Program-made: the position numbers and the translations under genes
Notes under the pieces: model-generated
Told to the model about the DNA's origin: nothing
Databases searched by the model: none
Seen by the model: only the letters and a program-made list of their open reading frames with translations
Shown here: positions 40,381 to 50,773 of the stretch, piece by piece
Layout: every line of letters starts with the position of its first letter
Position numbering within the stretch: the first letter of the stretch is position 1
Source of the DNA: an uncultured Chlamydiae bacterium
GTDB lineage: Bacteria; Chlamydiota; Chlamydiia; Chlamydiales; Parachlamydiaceae
Assembly: GCA_963754655.1 (NCBI GenBank)
Contig: CAVWGN010000001.1
Span: 1,920,001-1,984,000 of the forward strand
DNA: 64,000 nt
Direction of reading: 5' to 3'

Positions 40381-41562
40381 TTAAACAGTAGGTTGCGATT
40401 GGTGATGCTGATATGATTGTGCTAGTAAGCTTGATTGCTTCTCTAGCTTTTTAATGAAATTAAATGTCCAAGGTCTATCTAAATAAATCTTTTTATATTC
40501 ACTCTTAAGAATCATGACTGTTGGGAGTATCGCTTCTATAGTTTTCATTTCGATTATTCCTATTTTTAAAATAACTTGGTAAAAAATCGGTAAAGCACCT
40601 AAAAAGGCAAATTGTTTATAGCTTGCATCAAACCATTTTCTATCGATAAGTTTGCGAACATATGGTATCAAAATATCTGGCTTGATTTTAAAAAAGACAT
40701 GCAATAGACACTTTTCTCTACCTGGTATTTTCGAAAGAAAATCGATAATCTCAGAAGCAAAATAGTTGGAAGTAATGAAAGACGTTTCATCCAAATCATA
40801 CATTTGGCAGCAAAAAGCGAGCTTAATTTGAAAGATTATCAAGGGTGTTTGGTTCTTGAATGTTTTGAACATCTGGGAAAGATCTAAACGCCCTTTCATC
40901 ACTTCTTCAAAGCTCTTGAAATCATCTTGCGTAAATTGAAACTCATAAGTTTTAAATCTTTTATTGTAAGAGATCCAATCGACATCCCTATTTTTTTTAA
41001 ATTTTATATAGGCATCTTGAAGCTCATTCCAAACTATAATCTCAGCAATTTTATCCTTTGGATTAAAAATAAATTCATCTGATTTGGCTATCTTGTTGTA
41101 TGTTTTTTTACATAAATCGACAGCGATAGAAGATTGGTCATAGCAAATCAACTTATCCAAAATACTAAAAAAAATTTCGCATGACTTTACTGGATTTTTG
41201 TAAACGGGTTTCAAGTAATTTTCTATAAGAGTTTTCTGTTCTTTAAAATCTTCTTTGTCCTCAGCTAAATAGAGTGGTATTAATACTAGGGAAATATACT
41301 TACTGCACTCTTTATAACGTTTTGGCTGACACTGCAAAGCACGATCAAGTCTTTCAATCTCACTGCATAGATTCTTCCTCTCAAGCTCATTAAGTACTGT
41401 GAACATCTCTTCCTCTAAATCAATTTCGCTATCTAATTTTTCAAAGGAATTCGAGTCCATTTCCCATACGTTAATTACTTTTTCAAGTCGCTTCTCTAAA
41501 GTCAGTTCCATGCTAAGATTTTCATAAGGATTTGGATTTTCGTTAGCAATATTTTCTGTCAT
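40381..41562 (-). CDS. Hypothetical helical protein, low GC
   Basis: 393-aa ORF with no recognised motif. Confidence 0.75.
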   Translation of the reverse strand: MTENIANENPNPYENLSMELTLEKRLEKVINVWEMDSNSFEKLDSEIDLEEEMFTVLNELERKNLCSEIERLDRALQCQPKRYKECSKYISLVLIPLYLAEDKEDFKEQKTLIENYLKPVYKNPVKSCEIFFSILDKLICYDQSSIAVDLCKKTYNKIAKSDEFIFNPKDKIAEIIVWNELQDAYIKFKKNRDVDWISYNKRFKTYEFQFTQDDFKSFEEVMKGRLDLSQMFKTFKNQTPLIIFQIKLAFCCQMYDLDETSFITSNYFASEIIDFLSKIPGREKCLLHVFFKIKPDILIPYVRKLIDRKWFDASYKQFAFLGALPIFYQVILKIGIIEMKTIEAILPTVMILKSEYKKIYLDRPWTFNFIKKLEKQSSLLAQSYQHHQSQPTV

Positions 41563-41993
41563 AATACTTCACTTTAATTGTTCAAATTTTAGGAATTATT
41601 TAACTTAAGTAATCACAGCTTTGGGAAGTCTTTCACTGAAAGATTTCTCAACATCTTTTAAAATAAAACACTTATATAATAAAGCAATGTCATTTTTTGA
41701 GTCATCTATAAAGACAGCTTTAGTGAAGTATTCAACAAAACTAAACGGGGAAAATAATGCAAAAAATTCAGTAACCAAGCCAGAAATCAAGTTATTTTCG
41801 ATGTGCGACGCTATTTTCTCATGAAATGCTTTCAGGAAAATTTTTAATCGTGCGAAACCGATTACAATCTAAGGATTGGTTTCGTTCATTTTTAGCTGCA
41901 CGAAGTTAAATTAAACAAGCTAGCAAGCTGATTTTAAATAACATATAAATAAAAATCAAGAAACATCATTCAAAATTTCTCATCGCTTCATTC

Positions 41994-42022
41994 TTGACAA
42001 CTTCTTATAAAAGCATTAGCAT
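41994..42022 (+). promoter_or_regulatory. Sigma70-type promoter for the riboswitch-nrdBA transcript
   Basis: TTGACA-17 bp-TAGCAT. Confidence 0.6.
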
Positions 42023-42062
42023 TTAGCGCATTGATAAGATTGCCACGCATAGTGGTAATTTT

Positions 42063-42228
42063 GTGAAAAAGTGCCTCTAGTTAAGGCTAGAGGAGAATAG
42101 GGAAACGGGTGTGAATCCCGTACGGTAGCGCCGCTGTAACGAGTGACGAAAGCCTTTAAAACCACTGTGAAAACACGGGAAGGTAGGCGAATAGGATGAT
42201 CTCGGAGTCAGAAGACCTGCTTTTTCAC
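42063..42228 (+). ncRNA. Cobalamin (B12) riboswitch
   Basis: AATAGGGAA, CGGGTGTGAATCCCG, GCCGCTGTAA, CCACTG...GGGAAGG, B12-box GAGTCAGAAGACCTGC; P1 GTGAAAAAG/CTTTTTCAC. Confidence 0.93.
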
Positions 42229-42322
42229 TCTCATCAAGTCCTCAAATATGTATTTGAGGCTACTCTCTCGCCAAAGAGAGGATGGGGACAAAGAATGCTG
42301 CCTTCAGTTTTACTGATTTGCC

Positions 42323-42371
42323 GCCTTCCATGTCCTTAAATTAGGGACTGGAAAGGCATTCTGTTTTTTTT
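42323..42371 (+). terminator. Probable riboswitch expression-platform terminator
   Basis: GCCTTCCATGTCCTTA..TAGGGACTGGAAAGGC hairpin followed by a T8 run. Confidence 0.6.
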
Positions 42372-42398
42372 CACTCCCTATGATATGAAACCACGTCC

Positions 42399-43550
42399 AT
42401 GGCAGACGTTTGCTGGAGTATCATCATGGAAGTCTTAGATCAGTTCACTGAAAAAGAAGAAGATCGCTATGTCTTTTATTCCTTTCTAAACCGCACCTTT
42501 CGCCTTAATAAAGAAAAAGCTCGCGCTCGCCTTGCTGGTAAAAAAGTGATTAATGGGACGCGTAGCGCAGAACTTAATGTTTTACCTCTCAAATATCACG
42601 AAGCTTATCGTATTTATAAACAAATGAAAGCCAATCATTGGGAACCTGATGTCATTGACATGACGAAGGATTGTGCTCTATGGAATTCCAATAAGCTTAA
42701 TAGTCGAGAACGTTGGATTATTGAAATGGGAGTAGGATATTTTTCTGCTGCCGAAGGAATAGTGGGCGATAGTGTATTGCATGTAATTGAAGACAATCTT
42801 AGCGCAGCCGAACTTAAACACGCCTCTCTTCGCCAAATTGCTGAAGAATCTATTCACATGGATTCGCTGCTTCACATTATTAGCAGTCTAAATATTGATA
42901 TCGATGAAGTAACAGCAAAATTCCAAGATATCCCCTCAATTCAAAAGAAAAATGCTTTTATAACACGTCAGATGCCTGAATTGAAGATGGGTATAGATCT
43001 TACTTTGACTGAAAATAAGCAAAAGTTTGCTAAAGCAATCTTTGGAATTACACAGGTAATGGAGGGCACACAATTTTATGCGCTTTTTGCAATGATTCTT
43101 TCTTTGCATCGTCAAAACAAGATGACGGGCATAGGCCAGATGTTTCAATACACCCTACGTGATGAATCAAATCATATTGCACTTGGTCGTTACATTCTTG
43201 AAAAATTGATCGAAGAAAATCCTGATATTTGGACAAACGATTTCCGTGATGAACTCATTGAGTTTATGCGTGAAGGTGTCGAATTAGAAAAAGAATTTGT
43301 TTTAGATTGTCTTCCTGAAAACATTGTTGGCATGACACAAAACGATTTTCTTGATTTTGTAGACTATAATGCGGATAGAAGATTAGAAAGCCTTGGGTTG
43401 CCTCGCCTCTCTAGTATTAAAAATACTCCTTTTCTTTGGCTTGATGAGGTGATCTTTCTTAAGAAAGAGAAAAACTTCTTTGAAACTCGAGTTACCGAAT
43501 ATCAAACGAGCGGTAGCATCAAAAACACAAACGAAGAAGATCTCATATAA
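42399..43550 (+). CDS. nrdB: Ribonucleotide reductase beta subunit, class Ic (Mn/Fe)-like; start may be 42426
   Basis: SAAEGIV, EESIHMDSL, MEGTQFY, RDESNH, NFFETRVTEY. Confidence 0.93.
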   Translation: MADVCWSIIMEVLDQFTEKEEDRYVFYSFLNRTFRLNKEKARARLAGKKVINGTRSAELNVLPLKYHEAYRIYKQMKANHWEPDVIDMTKDCALWNSNKLNSRERWIIEMGVGYFSAAEGIVGDSVLHVIEDNLSAAELKHASLRQIAEESIHMDSLLHIISSLNIDIDEVTAKFQDIPSIQKKNAFITRQMPELKMGIDLTLTENKQKFAKAIFGITQVMEGTQFYALFAMILSLHRQNKMTGIGQMFQYTLRDESNHIALGRYILEKLIEENPDIWTNDFRDELIEFMREGVELEKEFVLDCLPENIVGMTQNDFLDFVDYNADRRLESLGLPRLSSIKNTPFLWLDEVIFLKKEKNFFETRVTEYQTSGSIKNTNEEDLI

Positions 43551-43567
43551 TCCAAGGAATCACAATC

Positions 43568-46387
43568 ATGACAACAAATGTTTTAGAATTAGAAAAAACA
43601 CTAGACTTCAAAACTCCAAGTAAATTTCCGAGTATTATTCGACGAGATTTACCACATACCAAGTCTATTAAGCCGCGACTCGTAACCTGGAATGGCAGCA
43701 AAATTGAAAAGGCAGTAAACGCCGCTTGCATAGAATTGGGACATAAGCTTGTAGGAAGGCAAATTCAGATAGAAATTGAAGCTCGAATGGAAAAGGAACG
43801 ATCACGTTTCATTCATATTGAACAATTACAAGATATGGTTGAAAATCTTCTCATTGAGTTCAATTATGGACGTGTCGCATTAGCATATGGAAAATATCGA
43901 GCACGCCGAGCGGCATTTCGTGAAGCTGAAGCCAGATTGATTCCTAGCGAATCACCAGAACTGATTTCAACTGAATTTGCTACTGATCTCAAACTAAGAG
44001 TTTCTTTTGCACGGATTGGATTAAATCTTATTCTTTCAGATAAAGAATTCATAGCACGTTTGATGCGTAGTGTATCGGCATCTCTAACTTCTCAAGAACA
44101 ACGAGAAACAATCATTCTTAATGCAAGAAATCTTCTTGATTTGGATGTCGATAGCCGTTTTTTTGGAGGACGGATTTTACTCTCCTATATCTATGAAGAA
44201 ACGTTGCCTTGGAAAATTGCTGATGGAATAGATCAATTAAAGTCTGCTCATAGAAAAGCTTTCCTTGCATATATTCCAATAGGAATTAAATTAGGACGTC
44301 TTGACCCACGTCTTGCTGAATTTAACATTGAAGAGCTTGCTGACGCTCTAGATCCTTATGCTGATCTTCAATTTGATTTTATTGGTATTCAAAACCTTTA
44401 TGATCGCTACCTGATCCATATTAAAGATAACGATTGGCCAGACGGAAAGCGTAGGATTGAATCTCCACAGATCTTCTGGATGCGTGTTGCTATGGGATTA
44501 GCTTTATTGGAGCCTGAACGAGAGAATCGAGCTAAAGAATTTTTTCATATATATCAAAATAAATTGGCTTGCTCATCAACACCGACACTTTTCAATTCAG
44601 GAACACGACGTCCTCAACTCTCAAGTTGTTATTTGCTTTATTGTGGTGATTCGATCGAAGATATTTCTGAAACATGGACACGGTTTTCTTTATTATCAAA
44701 ATGGGCTGGTGGATTAGGTTGCTCTTGGACAGCTGTACGTGGATGTGGGGCTCATATTCAAGGAACAAATGGAGATTCATCGGGTGTTATTCCTTTCCTT
44801 AAGGTTTCAAACGATATTTGTGTAGCAGTAAATCAAGGTGGAAAGCGTCCTGGAGCACTCTGTAGCTATCTCGAACTTTGGCATTCTGATATGGAGGACT
44901 TTCTTGACCTACGGAAAGAAACAGGTGATGACCGTCGACGCACGCATAACATGAATACTGCTTTATGGATACCGGATTTATTCATGAAACGTCTTCAAGA
45001 TATTTCAGAAGGACGTTTACAAAAAGACGCTACATGGACATTATTTCGTACGAACGAAACTCCTGATCTTACAGAAATTTATGGAAGCCAGTTTGAAGAA
45101 CGTTATTCTCATTATGAAAAGCTTGCAGAAGAAGGTAAAATATACGGGAATAAAATTCGAATATTAGCCCTTTGGAAAAAAATGATAGGTGCTATTTTTG
45201 AAACTGGACATCCTTGGATGACTTTTAAAGATCCTTCTAATATTAGATCTCCACAAGACCATGCAGGAGTGATTCATAGTTCAAATTTATGCACTGAGAT
45301 TACTCTCAACACTAGTAAAGAAGAAATTGCTGTTTGTAATCTTGCTTCCATCAATATTCTCAGTCATTTGCACGAAGATGGATCCGTTGATCATGAAAAA
45401 TTGAAGTCGACAATTAAAGTCGTGATGAGAATGTTAGATAATGTCATCGATATCAATTATTACCCCTCTGAAGCAGCACATGTCTCTAATATGAGACATC
45501 GCCCTGTCGGCCTTGGAATGATGGGAATGCAGGATGCTCTTTACATTCGTCGTACTCCATTTGATTCGATAGCAGCTGTTGATTTCAATGATGAGATTAT
45601 GGAGGCCATTGCATTCTACGCATACTCAGCTTCATCAGATCTGGCTACTGAACGAGGTCTATATTCTTCATTTAAAGGATCAAAATGGGATCGTGGGCTA
45701 CTTCCTCTAGACACGCTAAAATTATTGGAAAAAGAACGCGGAATTTCTGTTAAGGTTGACCGAAAGAGTCGTTTAGACTGGAATAGCTTAAGACAGAAAA
45801 TTCATGATCAAGGGATGCGCAATTCAAATTGCCTAGCAATTGCTCCGACGGCAACTATTTCAAATATCATGGGGTGTACACCTTGCATCGAACCTACTTA
45901 CAAGCACATTCATACTAAATCGAATCTATCAGGCGAATTCGTTCGCACAAATAATTATTTGGTAAAAGAATTGATGGATAGGAATCTTTGGGATGAAGAA
46001 ATGCTTTCGGATCTTAAATATTTTGATGGTTCTATTCAATCTATTGAACGCGTTCCAAATGAAGTGAAGGAACTTTATAAAACAGCTTTTGAAATCGAAC
46101 CAACATGGTTAATACAATGTGCGGCAGTTAGACAAAAATGGTTAGATCAATCTCAATCTGTTAATCTTTTTCTCGCAGAAAATGATGCACGCAAAGCTTC
46201 ATTTATGTATCGAGAAGCTTGGGAAAGTGGACTAAAAACAACGTACTATCTACGTACAATCAATAAATCATCTATGGATTCTGGTAATCGTGATCGAAAG
46301 AAATATGAGTCAGAACTAACAGCTGTCCTATCTGCTTGTTCTATTGAAGCTATGCGTAATGGAACTATTTGTGAATCATGCCAATAA
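43568..46387 (+). CDS. nrdA: Ribonucleotide reductase alpha subunit with N-terminal ATP-cone-like region
   Basis: STPTLFN, SSCYL, SNLCTEI, VCNL, APTATIS, KTTYYLR, CESCQ. Confidence 0.97.
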   Translation: MTTNVLELEKTLDFKTPSKFPSIIRRDLPHTKSIKPRLVTWNGSKIEKAVNAACIELGHKLVGRQIQIEIEARMEKERSRFIHIEQLQDMVENLLIEFNYGRVALAYGKYRARRAAFREAEARLIPSESPELISTEFATDLKLRVSFARIGLNLILSDKEFIARLMRSVSASLTSQEQRETIILNARNLLDLDVDSRFFGGRILLSYIYEETLPWKIADGIDQLKSAHRKAFLAYIPIGIKLGRLDPRLAEFNIEELADALDPYADLQFDFIGIQNLYDRYLIHIKDNDWPDGKRRIESPQIFWMRVAMGLALLEPERENRAKEFFHIYQNKLACSSTPTLFNSGTRRPQLSSCYLLYCGDSIEDISETWTRFSLLSKWAGGLGCSWTAVRGCGAHIQGTNGDSSGVIPFLKVSNDICVAVNQGGKRPGALCSYLELWHSDMEDFLDLRKETGDDRRRTHNMNTALWIPDLFMKRLQDISEGRLQKDATWTLFRTNETPDLTEIYGSQFEERYSHYEKLAEEGKIYGNKIRILALWKKMIGAIFETGHPWMTFKDPSNIRSPQDHAGVIHSSNLCTEITLNTSKEEIAVCNLASINILSHLHEDGSVDHEKLKSTIKVVMRMLDNVIDINYYPSEAAHVSNMRHRPVGLGMMGMQDALYIRRTPFDSIAAVDFNDEIMEAIAFYAYSASSDLATERGLYSSFKGSKWDRGLLPLDTLKLLEKERGISVKVDRKSRLDWNSLRQKIHDQGMRNSNCLAIAPTATISNIMGCTPCIEPTYKHIHTKSNLSGEFVRTNNYLVKELMDRNLWDEEMLSDLKYFDGSIQSIERVPNEVKELYKTAFEIEPTWLIQCAAVRQKWLDQSQSVNLFLAENDARKASFMYREAWESGLKTTYYLRTINKSSMDSGNRDRKKYESELTAVLSACSIEAMRNGTICESCQ

Positions 46388-46593
46388 AAGGGGAAAAATG
46401 GGAGTTAAATCAGATAATCAGGCGAACAGAATCTAGTGCGTAAAATTTGCCTAAAAACAAAATATTACCCTTCTTCATCGTATGTAAAAAGTACCTCTTT
46501 TCTCCTGGATATGCTACAATTAATCCGTTATTAAGTGCGTAAAGCACCTTATAAATAAAAAACTTAAATTCAATTTTAAAAGGTGGAGATTAA

Positions 46594-47496
46594 ATGAGTT
46601 TAATCACATATAACATTGGGAATGCTTATCGTTATTTATCAGAAGCTTTTCAACAACAAAATCATGATGAAATAAATCAAGATGAATCAACATGGCCTTC
46701 CTATCAGACTATAGCCGTTTCCTTTTTTGTGGCTACAGTAGGTGCTTGTGCTATAAGAAAATTTATTAATACTGTATTTCAGCCAGTTAAAGATACTCCT
46801 GAATTATTTTGGAAAGAATTAGAAAGTAATCAAAGACCCCCTCTACCTTCAGGGCCAGTTGTTGTTATGGGTAAGGTAATTGCTGAAAATTTACCTTCAT
46901 TACAAAAACAAATGTTTTCCTCATGTAATGGAGTATCACAAATGTTTGTTGAATATATACAAAAAAAAGGCTTAAAACCTAAAAATGTGATAGATCTAGG
47001 TTGTGGTATAGGTGCTAATTCATATCCTTTATTGAAATATGGTGTGAATGTTGTTGCAATAGATAGTATGGAATGTTTGCTAGAAGCATATAGATCACGT
47101 ATTAATAGCAAAGAAAAGCAATTTGCTTTATTGCAATGTGCTGATCTCACTACGTTGGAAAAATATGGTACAGAAGCCAATATAGCAGATATTGCTCTTG
47201 CTATTGATGTCTTGCCATATCTTCCGATTTCTTGCTGGAAAAGTACTATGGAAAAGATCGTAGTGTCTTTAAAACCTGGAGGTTATTTTTTTGGCACTGT
47301 GTTTGTCAAAAAAGCCTGGTTGAATCATCCAGTTGTGGCTTTTCATGAAAAATTTGGAGCACAGTATTATCAAATTCGTGATTTGGCTGCACGGTTAATT
47401 CACCATTCTGGTCTCGAGATGGTAGAATGTCGTCTCAGAGAAAATGGTTCTGGTTGTTATGAATTTGTTGCACGTAAACCTAGCCACAGGGCATAG
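46594..47496 (+). CDS. SAM-dependent methyltransferase with N-terminal TM extension
   Basis: VIDLGCGIG, LKPGG. Confidence 0.85.
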   Translation: MSLITYNIGNAYRYLSEAFQQQNHDEINQDESTWPSYQTIAVSFFVATVGACAIRKFINTVFQPVKDTPELFWKELESNQRPPLPSGPVVVMGKVIAENLPSLQKQMFSSCNGVSQMFVEYIQKKGLKPKNVIDLGCGIGANSYPLLKYGVNVVAIDSMECLLEAYRSRINSKEKQFALLQCADLTTLEKYGTEANIADIALAIDVLPYLPISCWKSTMEKIVVSLKPGGYFFGTVFVKKAWLNHPVVAFHEKFGAQYYQIRDLAARLIHHSGLEMVECRLRENGSGCYEFVARKPSHRA

Positions 47497-47668
47497 GACA
47501 TTAAATCTGAGGTTTTTTCCTTCTTTCATTGTATCCTGCATGAATAAATCTAGAAAGATACTTAGAGATACAACAGATTTCAAATATTTTTTAATGTCCT
47601 GTGCCTGATAACTCGTCTCCTAAAAGCCTTACCTGCAAGACATACAATGAAACTCTAGGAAAATTGTA

Positions 47669-48166
47669 ATGTTGTCTGAATATCGGTTCATTTTTAAACC
47701 CATGGAAGCAAAAGATCGGCTTCTTATTCATGAATGGCTTGTACAACCCCATATTGCTGAGTGGATTCACGGAGCCGGACTTCAAAATACACTGAACGGT
47801 CTAGAAAAATTTTTCCAAGGAAAGTCTGACACTACTTACTGGATTGGTTATCATGAAGACATTCCTTTTGCATTTTTGATTACCTCTCCTGAAGGAAATG
47901 ATGCGACCACTTTGGACTTGTTCATTTGTGACCTGAATTATTTGGGGAAAGGAATTGCTGTGCCCATGATTCAGGAGTTTTTAATTAGCCAGTTTCCAAT
48001 TGTGAAAAGGGTTTTGATAGACCCTGAAGTCACTAATAAACGAGCCATCCATGTGTACCAAAAAGTGGGTTTTAAGATCATTGGAGAGTTTATTGCAAGC
48101 TGGCATCCTGTGCCTCATTATCAAATGGAGCTACATATGAAAGATCTTTTAGAGGCAAAGAAATGA
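47669..48166 (+). CDS. GNAT acetyltransferase (AAC(6')/siderophore acetyltransferase-like)
   Basis: WLVQPHIAEW, GKGIA, IDPEVTNKRAIHVYQKVGF. Confidence 0.88.
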   Translation: MLSEYRFIFKPMEAKDRLLIHEWLVQPHIAEWIHGAGLQNTLNGLEKFFQGKSDTTYWIGYHEDIPFAFLITSPEGNDATTLDLFICDLNYLGKGIAVPMIQEFLISQFPIVKRVLIDPEVTNKRAIHVYQKVGFKIIGEFIASWHPVPHYQMELHMKDLLEAKK

Positions 48167-48399
48167 ATGAAGCTTCCTGTTATTTAGAGCAACACGATAC
48201 TATTTCTAAAAAAATGGAGAAGAAAATGCGCAAAGATTCAATGACAAAGCCTGAAATTAAGGAGCTTGAAGGGCTCCAAATTGAAATAACCCAGGCCAGC
48301 GGCCTGGGAAAAACACCCCATATCGCAGTCTGAAAGACTACAAGAGAAATTATGGTTCACTCACTTGCAAGTGGGGTATGATTAAATTTGGGAGTTTAT

Positions 48400-48748
48400 A
48401 TTTTTTAAAAGATCAGGCATTAAAGGCTTATCAAAGTTATGAAAAAAGAGTGAAAGCAGGAGGATATTATGAAAAAGAAAGACTAAGTCTACCTACGAAG
48501 AATTTATTGAAGATGATGAGCAACAGGCTTTACTTGATAAAGAATACAAAGAACTACTCTTATCTGAATTACTTATGGCGGCAATGAAGCATGATCATAT
48601 TTCAGTAAGAAAATTAGCCTCAGCAGGTGTATCTTCAACAATTATTCAAGGCCTAAAGTCTGGATCAAAAACAAACATAACGATTGATACGTTATCGAAG
48701 ATTTTAGATGCTGTGGGTTATCAAATCCATCTTTGCTCCAAAAAATAG
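48400..48748 (+). pseudogene. Decayed toxin-antitoxin pair: toxin C-terminal remnant plus frameshifted XRE-HTH antitoxin (48469-48748)
   Basis: After a frameshift at ~48480 reads KSTYEEFI...ISVRKLASAGVSSTIIQGLKSGSKTNITIDTLSKILDAVGY. Confidence 0.65.
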
Positions 48749-49130
48749 CCCTGAAAAGAAACTGGAATTAGCGTAAATATAGAAATTAATTCACTGCGTC
48801 TCCAAACAAAAGGCGAAGTAGCCGACTTGTGAGACTCCAAGAGAATTGTACAATTTTTGAGCAGGAAAGTTTTGCTCCCCAGTAAAAATAATCATCTTGC
48901 GAATTTTGTGAAGTTCCTTAGCATCTAGTAAGAGTTATTGCATAACAGATCTAGAATATCCTCTTTGTCTAAAGCTAGACACAGTCTAAACACCACCAAC
49001 CTTTCCTAAGTCCAATGCCTTGGCGTTTAAATCAGCGATAGACACAAGAGCATTGTTAAGAAATAGACCCCCAATCATTTTTCTTTTCATTTTTTCAAGA
49101 AACTGATCTAAGAGCTGTTTATCAGTCATA

Positions 49131-49649
49131 CTATTGTCGGATAAATGTCCAATTCAAGGGATCGCCATCTTTGTAAGGCATATATCCGTGAAAAACATGC
49201 GGATTGCCATCAAACACCAGCGGCAAAAAATAACGGTCGCCTTTCCACATAGGCAACTCCTCCATTATTTCCAAAGGCACCCATTCCAGCAATCCTTCAT
49301 CGTTTTGCTTATAAGGGATACCCGCAAAGCTTTCAATGAGAAAGATAAAGCCAAGCCAATCTTCACCAGCGGGACCAAAACCTGTCCAATTAATCGTACC
49401 GCGCAATTTCATGAGAGTACATTCGATACCCGCTTCTTCTCTTATCTCGCGCTGCATACATGTCACCACATCTTCGTTGGATTCCATTTTGCCACCAAGA
49501 CCATTGTACTTACCATGATGATGATCGCCTTTGCGAGCATTGCGGTGCACGAGCAAAACACGTTTATGATCCGGTGACAAGACATATCCAAGCGTTCCCA
49601 AAATAGGCTTATAAGGCATAATAACTCTTTCTGTTAGATTTAAGTGCAA
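49131..49649 (-). CDS. mutT: NUDIX hydrolase, 8-oxo-dGTP diphosphatase-like
   Basis: GGKMESNE...REIREEAG Nudix box. Confidence 0.85.
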   Translation of the reverse strand: MHLNLTERVIMPYKPILGTLGYVLSPDHKRVLLVHRNARKGDHHHGKYNGLGGKMESNEDVVTCMQREIREEAGIECTLMKLRGTINWTGFGPAGEDWLGFIFLIESFAGIPYKQNDEGLLEWVPLEIMEELPMWKGDRYFLPLVFDGNPHVFHGYMPYKDGDPLNWTFIRQ

Positions 49650-49944
49650 TAGCTTATGTTAAGCCAAAGAAACTCACAATCTTTTTGTAAGTTAGTTTTT
49701 ATCTGTCATTTTTACCAGGCTCAATTTCTAATCCCTGTGAAAGAAGTTCAGAACGATAAGGCTGACCATCCTATGCTAGCATTGCCATTTTTTCATGTAT
49801 TTTGAAAAAAAGAAGAAATTTTGAAGAAAAAGGAGTTTTATTGACGATTGTTGCAGTTTATTGCTGTCTAATGCGTAAAAACTGCGTAGTTGACTTTGAT
49901 TAGGCTTGTGAGAAATATTTTAATTTCTCGCTTAGAATGAAATA

Positions 49945-50026
49945 TGGGGGCGGTTGGACTCGAACCAACGGAGACCGAAGTCGAGGGATTTACAGTCCCT
50001 TGCAATTGCCACTATGCGACACCCCC
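49945..50026 (-). tRNA. tRNA-Tyr(GTA)
   Basis: Cloverleaf with long variable arm, anticodon loop CTGTAAA, GTTCGA. Confidence 0.96.
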
Positions 50027-50031
50027 TAGGA

Positions 50032-50104
<73 letters not shown>

Positions 50105-50202
50105 GAAAGAAAGAGTTTTATAACAAAATCATTCTTTCCATACAACAATTTTATTCTATCAAGCAATAATTCCTTCTTAACCTTCTGTGAAACCTCACTT
50201 TT

Positions 50203-50538
50203 CTATTGATTAGGCGTGTCCTTTGACTCATCTTGAGCTAAATAGTCAGAGGGATTTGGCGGAACGGGTGGCTTATCTTCATGTGAATGCAGCGCTTGTC
50301 CAAACGAACGCTCCATTAAAGTCGTATAATCAACTGCAGCCTTCACCTGCCCTGGCTGTGAAGTCTCTTGCGGCTGAGGTTTATTGCTCCCTCCACCACT
50401 TAAAACTTTAGCCGTAAACTTGCGGCCCCCCAAAGAGCTTTTTTTTTGTTGCTGCTGTTCATTTTTCAAACAGCAATTTTTATATTTTTTCCCAGATCCA
50501 CAAGGACATGGATCATTTCTTCCTACCTTCTCTAGCAT
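50203..50538 (-). CDS. SEC-C motif protein
   Basis: [20 protein letters not shown]. Confidence 0.9.
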   Translation of the reverse strand: MLEKVGRNDPCPCGSGKKYKNCCLKNEQQQQKKSSLGGRKFTAKVLSGGGSNKPQPQETSQPGQVKAAVDYTTLMERSFGQALHSHEDKPPVPPNPSDYLAQDESKDTPNQ

Positions 50539-50773
50539 AAGACCTCTATTTTATTTCTTTTATTTTTGCTGAGGAAATCAGCTTGACACCGCTTGGCTCG
50601 TCCTGTAAAATATCTTCTTTTCAACTTATATAAGTATAGCATTTCCAGCGCTTTCTACCAAAAATTATCTAGTATAAGTGAACTTTCATCAACTTGTTTC
50701 TTTATGTTTTTTTTCTAAATAGATTAATTATAAATGACCCTTATTTTTTAAAACAATTATAAAACATTATTTT

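Noticed and set aside
41605..41824. Two short overlapping ORFs
   Set aside because: No RBS or motifs; probably spurious or decayed sequence
42041..42058. Possible NrdR box (CCACGCATAGTGG) upstream of the riboswitch
   Set aside because: Weak match and only a single copy
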